From contig JAIRQA010000040.1 in NCBI GenBank assembly GCA_031256715.1, forward strand, positions 16,736 to 80,735: 64,000 bases of DNA, given 5' to 3'. Position 1 is the stretch's first letter; every line of letters begins with the position of its first letter. The notes below the pieces were generated by a model. The model was not told the origin of the DNA. It saw nothing but the letters and a program-made list of their open reading frames with translations, and did not search any database. Source of the stretch: Coriobacteriales bacterium. GTDB taxonomy: Bacteria; Actinomycetota; Coriobacteriia; Coriobacteriales; UBA8131. Position numbers and translations under genes: made by a program. This document shows positions 48,781 to 57,312 of the stretch, piece after piece.

Positions 48781-51414
48781 GTGGCCGATACAATCGATAT
48801 CCATGCCGAGGGTGTCGAGGTTAAGAAGTCATGCTGTTATTTCTGTCACCAGAATTGCGGCGTGCTTGCGTATGTTAAGGATGGTAAGGTTCTAAAAATT
48901 GAAGGTGACCCAACCCATCCCACCAACCAAGGCGGTCTTTGCTGTCGTGGCAACATAGCACTTCTGCACCTCGATCATCCAGCGCGTATCAACCACCCGC
49001 TTAGGCGTGTGGGCGCAAAAGGCGAGAACAAGTGGGAGAAAATCCCCTGGGAACAGGCAATTTCAGAAATTGCCGAGCGTCTAAATGCGATTAAAGCAGA
49101 GAGCGGAGCAGAGGCTGTGGCGGGTGCCGCTGGTACACTTCGCACCGATGATTGGTCGCGCAGACGCTTCTTTAATATGTTTGGTACTCCAAATGTCTTT
49201 CATAACGCACTTCTGTGTTGGATTCCCACATTTATGGTAGAAACCGCAGTTAGCGGCTGGAGCCCCTTCGAGACCGACCTGGGCGACAGCCGTTGTGTTA
49301 TTCTATGGGGTTTTAACCCGGGTGCCTCGGCAATGCCGGGCATGCGTGGCTACTCTGACTTACGCAAGGCAGGCATGAAGATTATTGTTGTAGACCCACG
49401 TTATTCAGAGACTGCCGCACACTCTGACCTTTGGCTGCCATTGCGACCAGGCTCAGATACAGCTTTGGCTTTGGCTATGATTAATGTCATTATTATGGAA
49501 AGTCTTTACGACGAGGAGTTTGTTAATAACTGGTGTGTTGGTTTCGATGAACTCTGGGATCACGTCATGGAATACACTCCAGAATGGGCATCTGAGCACA
49601 CTTGGTTAGAACCTGAACTTATTCGCGAATGTGCTCGCATGTATGCTAAAAACACACCCAGCAATATCCAGTGGGGTTGTACTGCAGACCAATTGGGTAA
49701 AACATCTGGAGCCGGCATGCACGCACGTGCCATTTTGCGTGCCCTTACCGGAAATCTTGATCGTCCGGGTGGCGACTTGATGCCTGGTCCTTCTCACACT
49801 TATGTTACAGACGAAGAGCTAGAGGCCAACGATTGGCTGCCCGAAGAGCAAAAGGCAAAGCAGATTGGTGCCAATAAGTTTAAGATGACATCTTGGCCTG
49901 GCTACCAGATGATTGCCGACACTGCCCGCGAGACCTGGGGCAAGGCTCCCACGGCCGAGTGGATGTGCGAGGCTCATGGTCCATCAGTCTTTAAGGCCAT
50001 ACTTACGGGTGACCCTTACCAAATACGCGCACTTATTGTTAGCGCTACCAATCCGGTTAACTCTTACGGCGATTCTAAGATGACGCTTGAGGCACTTAAA
50101 AAGGTGGAATTTTTGGTAACCTGCGAGTACTGGATGACTCCCGCCGCAATCTATAGCGACTACGTGATGCCTATCGCCGGTGCCCTAGAGCGTCCTATCG
50201 TTCACAACAACTATGGCGTCACCGATCACCTAATAGCCTCGCAGCGTGCTATTCAGCCGCTATATGAGCGTCACACAGACTACAACTTCTGGCGCGACTT
50301 GGCGCTAGCTACAGGCCAAGACGTTGACCAATGGCCATGGGAGACCTTAGAGGACGCATTCTACTATGTAACCTATCCGCTTAACGAGCAAGGTTACGTG
50401 CATGGATCGTATGATGAATTTGTCGAGAAGTACCGCTTCTTCTATCCCCCAGTTCACTATTATGGTTATGGACGAAACGGCTTTTGCACTCCTTCGCGTC
50501 GCGTAGAACTAAAAAGCTCTATTTTGGAGGAGCTGGGATATCCAGCGCTACCCACTTGGATAGGACCGGCAGAAAACGAGATTGACGATCCTGATGTTGC
50601 AAAAGAATATCCACTTGTGCTTACAACTGGTGGCGGATTTATGCCATATCATCATTCTGAGCAGTTTAACATTCAGTCTGTGCGTTTCTTGCGCCACGAG
50701 CCTTACTTTACCATCAATCCAGAAAAAGCAGACGAACTGGGCATTAAAGATGGTGATTGGTGTTGGATAGAGACTCGCCGTGGGCGTATTCGTCAACGTG
50801 CGAACGTAGAGCCGTCTGTAGACAAGCGCGTTATTTATGCTCAGCGCGGTTGGTGGTATCCAGAGCGCCAGATTGCTCCAGGAGCTGTTGTTCCCGATGA
50901 GCCTTTTGGTTGCTTAGAGAGTAACGTTAATGTGCTATCTTCTGTAGATGACGAGCACTGCGACCCCATTGGCGGCAGCTGGGCGAATCGTGGTCTTCTC
51001 TGCAAGGTTTACAAAGTAGATTATTGGGACGAGGTAGAAACGCAGTTCTCTATACCAGGTTCTTCATCTGAGCCAGGCATCACCGTACCGCCATCTAAAC
51101 AGAAGCTAGCGTACGAGCCAATTCCCTATGACCCCAAGCCCGATTTTGAAGTTCCCGAGGGGCTTACTTGGGACAAGAAGACCAAGTACGCTTGGGATTT
51201 AGAGCTAGGTTTGTACTATGATAAGGATTCTGGCTGGTTGATTCATCCAGAGACACAGGTTTATTATGACCTTTATACAAAGTATGCCTATGACCCTACC
51301 GATAACACCTTGGTAGACGAGGCAACCGGCGTTCACTACGACATGGAGACGCGCCAACCCATTGGCGGCGTTGCTCCAGTTTCTGCACCAGCAACCACGG
51401 AAGGAGGGGAGTGA
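48781..51414 (+). CDS. molybdopterin (bis-MGD) oxidoreductase catalytic subunit with no signal peptide and a 131-aa C-terminal extension
   Basis: N-terminal CCYFCHQNCG...CCRG 4Fe-4S motif starts at residue 18, with no RRxFLK. Molybdopterin-binding body. GTG start after AGAGAGGAAAC, with no in-frame upstream start. The tail at 51019-51411 is Y/D/W-rich. Confidence 0.85.
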   Translation: MADTIDIHAEGVEVKKSCCYFCHQNCGVLAYVKDGKVLKIEGDPTHPTNQGGLCCRGNIALLHLDHPARINHPLRRVGAKGENKWEKIPWEQAISEIAERLNAIKAESGAEAVAGAAGTLRTDDWSRRRFFNMFGTPNVFHNALLCWIPTFMVETAVSGWSPFETDLGDSRCVILWGFNPGASAMPGMRGYSDLRKAGMKIIVVDPRYSETAAHSDLWLPLRPGSDTALALAMINVIIMESLYDEEFVNNWCVGFDELWDHVMEYTPEWASEHTWLEPELIRECARMYAKNTPSNIQWGCTADQLGKTSGAGMHARAILRALTGNLDRPGGDLMPGPSHTYVTDEELEANDWLPEEQKAKQIGANKFKMTSWPGYQMIADTARETWGKAPTAEWMCEAHGPSVFKAILTGDPYQIRALIVSATNPVNSYGDSKMTLEALKKVEFLVTCEYWMTPAAIYSDYVMPIAGALERPIVHNNYGVTDHLIASQRAIQPLYERHTDYNFWRDLALATGQDVDQWPWETLEDAFYYVTYPLNEQGYVHGSYDEFVEKYRFFYPPVHYYGYGRNGFCTPSRRVELKSSILEELGYPALPTWIGPAENEIDDPDVAKEYPLVLTTGGGFMPYHHSEQFNIQSVRFLRHEPYFTINPEKADELGIKDGDWCWIETRRGRIRQRANVEPSVDKRVIYAQRGWWYPERQIAPGAVVPDEPFGCLESNVNVLSSVDDEHCDPIGGSWANRGLLCKVYKVDYWDEVETQFSIPGSSSEPGITVPPSKQKLAYEPIPYDPKPDFEVPEGLTWDKKTKYAWDLELGLYYDKDSGWLIHPETQVYYDLYTKYAYDPTDNTLVDEATGVHYDMETRQPIGGVAPVSAPATTEGGE

Positions 51415-51416
51415 AC

Positions 51417-51992
51417 ATGACCCGTTACGCAATGGTTATGGATCAGCGCCGCTGCATTGGTTGCCAATCTTGTACGGTTGCCTGTCGCACTTGGAACGAG
51501 CTTCCATTAGATATTTTATATAATCCAGTTGTTGGCGAAGGTGTTGTTGGCGAGTTTCCACATGTACACCAGACTTTTACTCCGCTTATTTGCATGCACT
51601 GTGACAATCCTCCATGTACAATTTGCTGCCCATGTAAGGCATCGCAACAAGATGAGGATGGTATTGTTTGGGTAGAGTCCGAGAAGTGCATGGCTTGTAA
51701 GGCCTGTGTTAACTCTTGCCCTTATGGCGCTCGCGACGTGAGCGCATTAGATGCGCCTTTGCATAGCTATGTTCGCAAGTGCAACTTTTGCAAAGATCGC
51801 GTGCGCGAGGGTGAATTACCCTACTGTGTGGCTACCTGCCACCAAAAGGCACGTATTTTTGGTGATTTAGACGATCCTAATTCTGATGTTTCTAAGCTTG
51901 TTAATGGTCTAAACACTAATCGTATCTTCCCCGAGCTGGGCACTGATCCCCAGGTCTACTACATTCCAGATTTGGGAGGTGTAAAGCTATGA
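51417..51992 (+). CDS. 4Fe-4S ferredoxin-type electron-transfer subunit (DmsB/PsrB-like)
   Basis: MTRYAMVMDQRRCIGCQSCTVAC..., further CxxCxxCxxxCP groups, and RIFGDLDDPNSDVSK. Confidence 0.88.
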   Translation: MTRYAMVMDQRRCIGCQSCTVACRTWNELPLDILYNPVVGEGVVGEFPHVHQTFTPLICMHCDNPPCTICCPCKASQQDEDGIVWVESEKCMACKACVNSCPYGARDVSALDAPLHSYVRKCNFCKDRVREGELPYCVATCHQKARIFGDLDDPNSDVSKLVNGLNTNRIFPELGTDPQVYYIPDLGGVKL

Positions 51993-52999
51993 GTCACAAA
52001 ATGGATAGCAATAAGTTAGAGAAGCACTACTGGATTTGGCCAATTGCCATCTATTTGTTCTTGGGTGGACTTGGCGGTGGCACACTGTTTGTTGCCGGTA
52101 TGTTTGATATTCTTTATGGTCCCGAGGCAGGCTACATCACTGCTTTGGCTGTACTTGCCGGTGTCGCTTGTTTGGGATTTGGCAGCTTTCTGTTGGTTTT
52201 TGAGCTGGGGCAGCCACTAGTGTTTTTGCGCGTGTTTTTAAGTGGCACAGCAATTCTTAAATATGGCGCCTGCCTATTGATTCTTGCCATGGGCTTTGGA
52301 TTCGTGAACTTTTTATACTATCTGCCTGCAGAATGGCAGCTTTTTTACTATAGCTGGACATGGATTCGCGACCTTTGTTGTTGGCTAATGGCTATCTGTG
52401 GTCTTGGCGTTATGGTTTATACAGGTGTCTTTTTGGCTAGCATGAAGGCCAAGGCGTTTTGGAACACACCGGCGCTACCAGTATTGTTTACGGTTTCGGC
52501 TCTATCTACAGCTACAGTGCTTCTTGCTATTTTGGCTGGAGTCTGGCCTATGCCCGCAGATTTCACAGTTCAGCTCGCAGGTGCTGCTCACGCAGCCGAG
52601 TTTGACGCCCATAAACTTGTTGAGGAATTGCACTTTATAGATAGCATTTTGGTAATAGCTGAGGTTATCGTATTGTTGGTTTACGTACTTATGATGCGCG
52701 CCGCAGGAAATATTACGGCACGCACTATTGCCATAAAGTGGTTACAGGGCGCATGGGCACCATTGTTTTGGGGCGGAATGATTTGCCTTGGGCTCGTGAT
52801 TCCGTTCTTCTGTTATCGCCTAGGCGGTGCCGGAGCAGAATTTATAGCACCGGTGTTGGTTTTAGCGGCCGGTTTACTATTGCGCTTTATGGTGGTCTTT
52901 AGCGACCAGCGCCATGAAATTGCCGGCGAGCGTCGTTTTTACAACAGATTGCCTAAGGGCGATGAGGCGTTTTTGCATGAATGGAAAGCTCCGTATTAG
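51989..52999 (+). CDS. NrfD/PsrC-family polytopic membrane anchor subunit
   Basis: 336 aa, about 8-9 TM helices. HYWIWPIAIYLFLGGLGGG N-terminal signature of the NrfD family. ATGA overlap with the Fe-S subunit. Confidence 0.8.
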   Translation: MSHKMDSNKLEKHYWIWPIAIYLFLGGLGGGTLFVAGMFDILYGPEAGYITALAVLAGVACLGFGSFLLVFELGQPLVFLRVFLSGTAILKYGACLLILAMGFGFVNFLYYLPAEWQLFYYSWTWIRDLCCWLMAICGLGVMVYTGVFLASMKAKAFWNTPALPVLFTVSALSTATVLLAILAGVWPMPADFTVQLAGAAHAAEFDAHKLVEELHFIDSILVIAEVIVLLVYVLMMRAAGNITARTIAIKWLQGAWAPLFWGGMICLGLVIPFFCYRLGGAGAEFIAPVLVLAAGLLLRFMVVFSDQRHEIAGERRFYNRLPKGDEAFLHEWKAPY

Positions 53000-53454
53000 T
53001 TTGCAAACAAACTAATACACTAGCTTGCTAGCCTACTAGTATACTAGCATGTATACTTTTGCTCGAGCATTTAAAGTTACTTGCTTCAGCTTGTAAGTAT
53101 GTAGGTGCTATAATGACAAGGACAAGCATAAGGAAAGCATAAGACTGGCATAAGGATGAGCATAGGCCAAGCGCAGGAACAAGCATAAGGACGTGCACAA
53201 GACAGGCACAAGAACAAGCATAAGAACGTGCGCAAGACAGGCACAAGGACGTAGTTTTTGCTAAGTTATACATAATGCAAAATATAACGCGAAATATAAC
53301 GCAAGAAAACGGCGGGTCTCCCAGCAAGGAGACCCGTCCGACTTTAGATTTGGCCTTAAACGATCTGACTATATGCGAAGCCCACACTTTGTCTGATACA
53401 AATGGTGCAAGACTCACGTTAAGTGGTGCCGCTGCCAGGCCATGGCGTGTAGAC

Positions 53455-54282
53455 ATGGAACCAAATATTTTTTCGTTAATGCGCGCTTGTCAAGCGTCAC
53501 AACTAGATGATTGTTTTGTTTCTGAAGCGCCAAAAGATACAATCTTTGTTCCGGGTTGTATGTTGTCGGCAGAATCTCTTGAGCTTACCACAGCAGTTTA
53601 CAGCTGGCTTTGCGCTCATAGCCTCGTAGATGGTATCACTTTTCGCTGCTGCGGCAATATCTTAAAAACCATGTCTTCACCAGCAGAGCGCGAACAATAT
53701 CTTTGTGACCTAAGACAACAACTTGCTGTTCATGAGGTATCTTGCATCATTACGGCATGCCCAAATTGTTACAAGGCATTTAATCTCTTAAAAAATGAGA
53801 ATAGCCTGTGCGATTATAAGGTCTTAGCCTTAAGCGAGGTACTGGCAAAAAGTGGCATGCGTATTAGGGCTTCTGATACTAGTTATTGCATTCACGATTC
53901 CTGTCCCGACCGTACTAGTGGTGTTTTTGCTGCAAGTGTTCGCTCGCTCTTTAGTTCTACAGCCGCGCAGGGCGCTAATTGTAATACGCTCTGCGAAATG
54001 AAGCACAACCGCGAGCAATCTCGCTGCTGTGGATTAGGAAAAATGCTTTCGCTTACAGACCCTAACGCGAGCGCCAAAATGAGGGAAGCTCGCGCTAAGG
54101 AATTCTTTCAGACAGATGCTAATAAGCTAGTAACATATTGTGCTACATGCACGCAGGCATTTCAAACGTCGGAGGCAAAACGGTACTGCTGGCATTATCT
54201 AGAGCTGCTATTTGACATAGAGATAGACTGGCAGGCAAACCAGAAACGCTTTGAGCACTGCTTGGCATGTGTCAGCGGCTAA
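53455..54282 (+). CDS. cysteine-rich CCG-domain (HdrB/GlpC/LutA-like) Fe-S protein
   Basis: Two CCG motifs (FRCCGN and SRCCGLG) plus ACPNCY and YCATC. ATG 53455 preferred, since the track start at 53275 lies in repeat DNA. Confidence 0.6.
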   Translation: MEPNIFSLMRACQASQLDDCFVSEAPKDTIFVPGCMLSAESLELTTAVYSWLCAHSLVDGITFRCCGNILKTMSSPAEREQYLCDLRQQLAVHEVSCIITACPNCYKAFNLLKNENSLCDYKVLALSEVLAKSGMRIRASDTSYCIHDSCPDRTSGVFAASVRSLFSSTAAQGANCNTLCEMKHNREQSRCCGLGKMLSLTDPNASAKMREARAKEFFQTDANKLVTYCATCTQAFQTSEAKRYCWHYLELLFDIEIDWQANQKRFEHCLACVSG

Positions 54283-54390
54283 AAAAGCATCTAGCTTAAT
54301 CGCAGCAAATGCTCTTAGCCTATAACGAACAATGAATATGCCAAAGTGCTAATTGCTGTTTGCCTCTTAATCGCTATAAAAAGGTGCTAT

Positions 54391-55704
54391 CTAAAACGAC
54401 CCCATGTCTTCCTTACGACTACCAACATTACCGCCAGCCGAGGTGTACAACGAAATCGTGTAGTCGTAGTAGGACTCTAAATCTACTGTCTCGTAGCCTT
54501 CGTTAAAGGTCATTACCGAGTAACTACCCTTTTTGCCAAACATCTCTTTATCGCCAAACCAAAGATCTCCCCATGCCTCCTTAAATGTATAGGTTCCAGG
54601 GGCGATATCCATAGTAATCGATTCGCCTTTGTTTACAAAAATGCTCGCGACATGAGTGTCTCCGCTATAGATTTTTATGAAGGATGGTTGGGATGAACCA
54701 GAGCCATCAAATTTCATGCTAACAACTGAGGAGTGGTAACTACCGTGTTGGTAAAGAACAGATGTTGCCGGCATAGGCACTAAGCAGGATTGAGCCATTT
54801 CGGCGGAGTCCTTAAAATCGCCCAGTATTTTAAAGGCAGTGTAGGCTTCTTCGCGACTGTCGGCCTCTAATAGGGCAACCGCATCTGCGTAGTCTAGATT
54901 GTCATAGCAATCTAAAATCAAGTCGGTTGTTTCAAAAGTATCTGGCAGCAGCATAAAGGCACTTGCAGCAGCCTCGTAATCGCCACTTTCGTAAAGGGCA
55001 ATGGCGTTTTCGAAATCTATATTTGCTTCGCATTCTTTAATATATTCGGCAGTGTTTTTATAGTCAGGCCCGATATCCTCAAATTCAGACAAAGCATCAT
55101 CATAGTAACCGTCATTCATTTGTACTATTGCCGCTTCATATCTATTGGCAAGAGCCTCGGCTGCCGCTTGGCGAGCAAGCATGTCGCTAATAACTACGCC
55201 TGCAATTACAATCGCAATGACAAAAATTACTGCGCCAACAATAATAAATGGAAGCTTAGAGCGCTTTTTCTTTGGCACGTCTAGTTCTGTTGGTACAGTT
55301 TGAAGTGTTGGCGAAGCCAGTGGGGTTGGTGCATCTGGCGGTGTTGGATATACATGAGGTGCTGGTGCATCTGGCTGCGTTGGCCAGGCTTGAGGTGCCG
55401 ATAAAATTTGCGCGTCAGGTACGGCTTGAGGCATTGGCGTGGATTGCTCTATTGGCGATGCCTGTGGTATTGGCGTGACTTGCTCTACTGGCGAAACCTG
55501 TGGAGTTGGAGTGACTTGCTCTACTGACGAAACCTGTGGCATCGATGCGATTTGCTGTGCGTCAGGCTCTGTTGGGGTCATTTGATCTATTTGTTCAACT
55601 TGCCCATTTGGCGTAACCGAATTTAAGGGAATTATTGGCGCCCCGCATTGCAGGCAAAACTTACCGTCATCAACAATTTTGGTGCCGCATTTACTGCAAA
55701 ACAT
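54391..55704 (-). CDS. zinc-ribbon membrane protein with a proline-rich repeat linker, one TM and a TPR-like extracytoplasmic region
   Basis: MFCSKCGTKI..GKFCLQCGAPI zinc ribbon, (E)QVTPTPQVSPV repeats, TM LPFIIVGAVIFVIAIVIAGVVI, then Y/D/A-rich TPR-like repeats. Confidence 0.65.
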   Translation of the reverse strand: MFCSKCGTKIVDDGKFCLQCGAPIIPLNSVTPNGQVEQIDQMTPTEPDAQQIASMPQVSSVEQVTPTPQVSPVEQVTPIPQASPIEQSTPMPQAVPDAQILSAPQAWPTQPDAPAPHVYPTPPDAPTPLASPTLQTVPTELDVPKKKRSKLPFIIVGAVIFVIAIVIAGVVISDMLARQAAAEALANRYEAAIVQMNDGYYDDALSEFEDIGPDYKNTAEYIKECEANIDFENAIALYESGDYEAAASAFMLLPDTFETTDLILDCYDNLDYADAVALLEADSREEAYTAFKILGDFKDSAEMAQSCLVPMPATSVLYQHGSYHSSVVSMKFDGSGSSQPSFIKIYSGDTHVASIFVNKGESITMDIAPGTYTFKEAWGDLWFGDKEMFGKKGSYSVMTFNEGYETVDLESYYDYTISLYTSAGGNVGSRKEDMGSF

Positions 55705-56154
55705 AACCCTCTCCTCACTTTACTTTTGCGTTAGATGTTGCGTTAAGCGTTGTACTAGATAACAAGTGGCAGCAACAAAGCATTGCGCGTAACAATTACA
55801 TAGCAACATCATTATAGCGCTAAATTAGACAGTGCAACGTGACGCCAGCAAAAAAAATGGTCGGCCGATGAGCCCTGACGATGACAGTTGAAACTTTGCA
55901 TAGTTAACGCTACACTTAACGCAAACTTTAAGACTTAACGAAACGCGTAGCGATGAGTTTGGGGCAGCGCACCTAATCGCCTGTGTTACAATCAGAGGCG
56001 TTGCCGCTTTGATGCCTTGTTTTTTGTGTGGTACCCGCCATATGAAAGCGAGGACAGCATGGTTAATTATAAGCGATTGGACTTAGATGATACGACGCTT
56101 GCACTTTGTTGAACCTACCTGCGGTCACTCGCCGCATTTACAACGCGCTTGCAA

Positions 56155-56181
56155 CTTGTAGGGGCGAACTCTGTTCGCCCG
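56155..56181 (-). repeat. solo copy (inverted orientation) of the GGGCGAAC...GTTCGCCC-CTAC hairpin module
   Basis: CTTGTAGGGGCGAACTCTGTTCGCCCG is the reverse complement of the module found in the AbiE-flanking repeats. Confidence 0.75.
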
Positions 56182-57038
56182 CTAACGCCAACAGCTGTAC
56201 TCATATAAATATGATTGAGGGAGAACAATTGACATCAGGTAATACTCGCTATAACGTCTTTGATCCATCACCTGTACTACACACTATAAATAATGATGAC
56301 AGCGAAAGAAGGGGTGAAGAAAGACGCATGATGATGATATCAAACAATTAACAGACAAGTACGAAATGATATATAAAGAGATGGACGAGCAAAGAAAGAA
56401 TCCTGGAAAATGGCAAATACTATTCATCAATACGCTTGGCAAAAATGAGGCACTTATCACAACCGACGGAAGAGCGTTAATTCCCGAAATGCTTGGGCCT
56501 TAAGATGACCTTGTAGTTGCAACGACTGTATTCGCTAGCGTGGGCAACGACAGTAACAAATACTGAGCGCCAAACCGCATCATCCGCGTCAACCACGTCA
56601 AACCGAGTCGTTGCTCGTCGATGGTTTGACATAATTGTGAATGATAATTTATGACGAAAAGAAAACCGAGAGAGCGACGGAAAGGCAGCCCTTAAGGCAA
56701 AACTGTATACATGGGCAAGGGCTCTGACCAAAACGTATAGCTTACTGAAATCGCCAGCAACTAAAAAGGCTACTTAAAAGCAAATAAGATTATAACGATT
56801 TAAAACGGCAAATTAACGCATGAAAGATGAGGTATACGCTCATGCCACACAAATACCATTTCACAAATACGAACTTCACGCAGGCAAGCTACGTAAACGC
56901 AGTTATCGAGGTGCTTCGTGAGGCGTTTGGCTGCGGTTATGCCTTAGGGCCTGATGTAGAGAGCAATTATTCCAAGTCGCTTTATATAGATGAGCTTTTA
57001 CCCCGCCTCATGTCCGCCGAAATGTCTGTTGCCGATGT

Positions 57039-57205
57039 AAACGGGACGCTGTGGACAGCGTCCCCTACGATGGGAATGCAAGCAGAATTCGGGCTGATCC
57101 AAACGGGACGCTGTGGACAGCGTCCCCTACGAGGGGAATGCAAGGAGAAAATAATTTGGGGATTATGCAAATTGACGTAGGGGACGCTGTCCACAGCGTC
57201 CCGCC
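57039..57205. repeat. three copies of a 22-bp palindromic hairpin (GGGACGCTGTGGACAGCGTCCC) with a CCCCTACG flank: two direct, one inverted
   Basis: Copies at 57043-57064, 57105-57126 and 57180-57202. The first two carry AAAC...CTACGA(T/G)GGGAATGCAAG flanks. Confidence 0.85.
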
Positions 57206-57312
57206 AGACGGCAAAAAAGCCATTTGCACTGAATGATAAAATAATTGATAGCTTTTAGAAATAAGGGATAAGAAACTTGCGCGAGAGTTAGCGCAAGCAC
57301 ACATCACCAATC

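Noticed and set aside
56106-57310. ORFs 56106-56351, 56477-56731, 56827-57180, 56982-57194, 57051-57236 and 57065-57310
   Set aside because: They run through the palindromic hairpin repeats on both strands (GTLWTASPT / VGDAVHSVP peptides). Only the first roughly 65 codons of 56827-57180 look protein-like, which is insufficient to call a gene.
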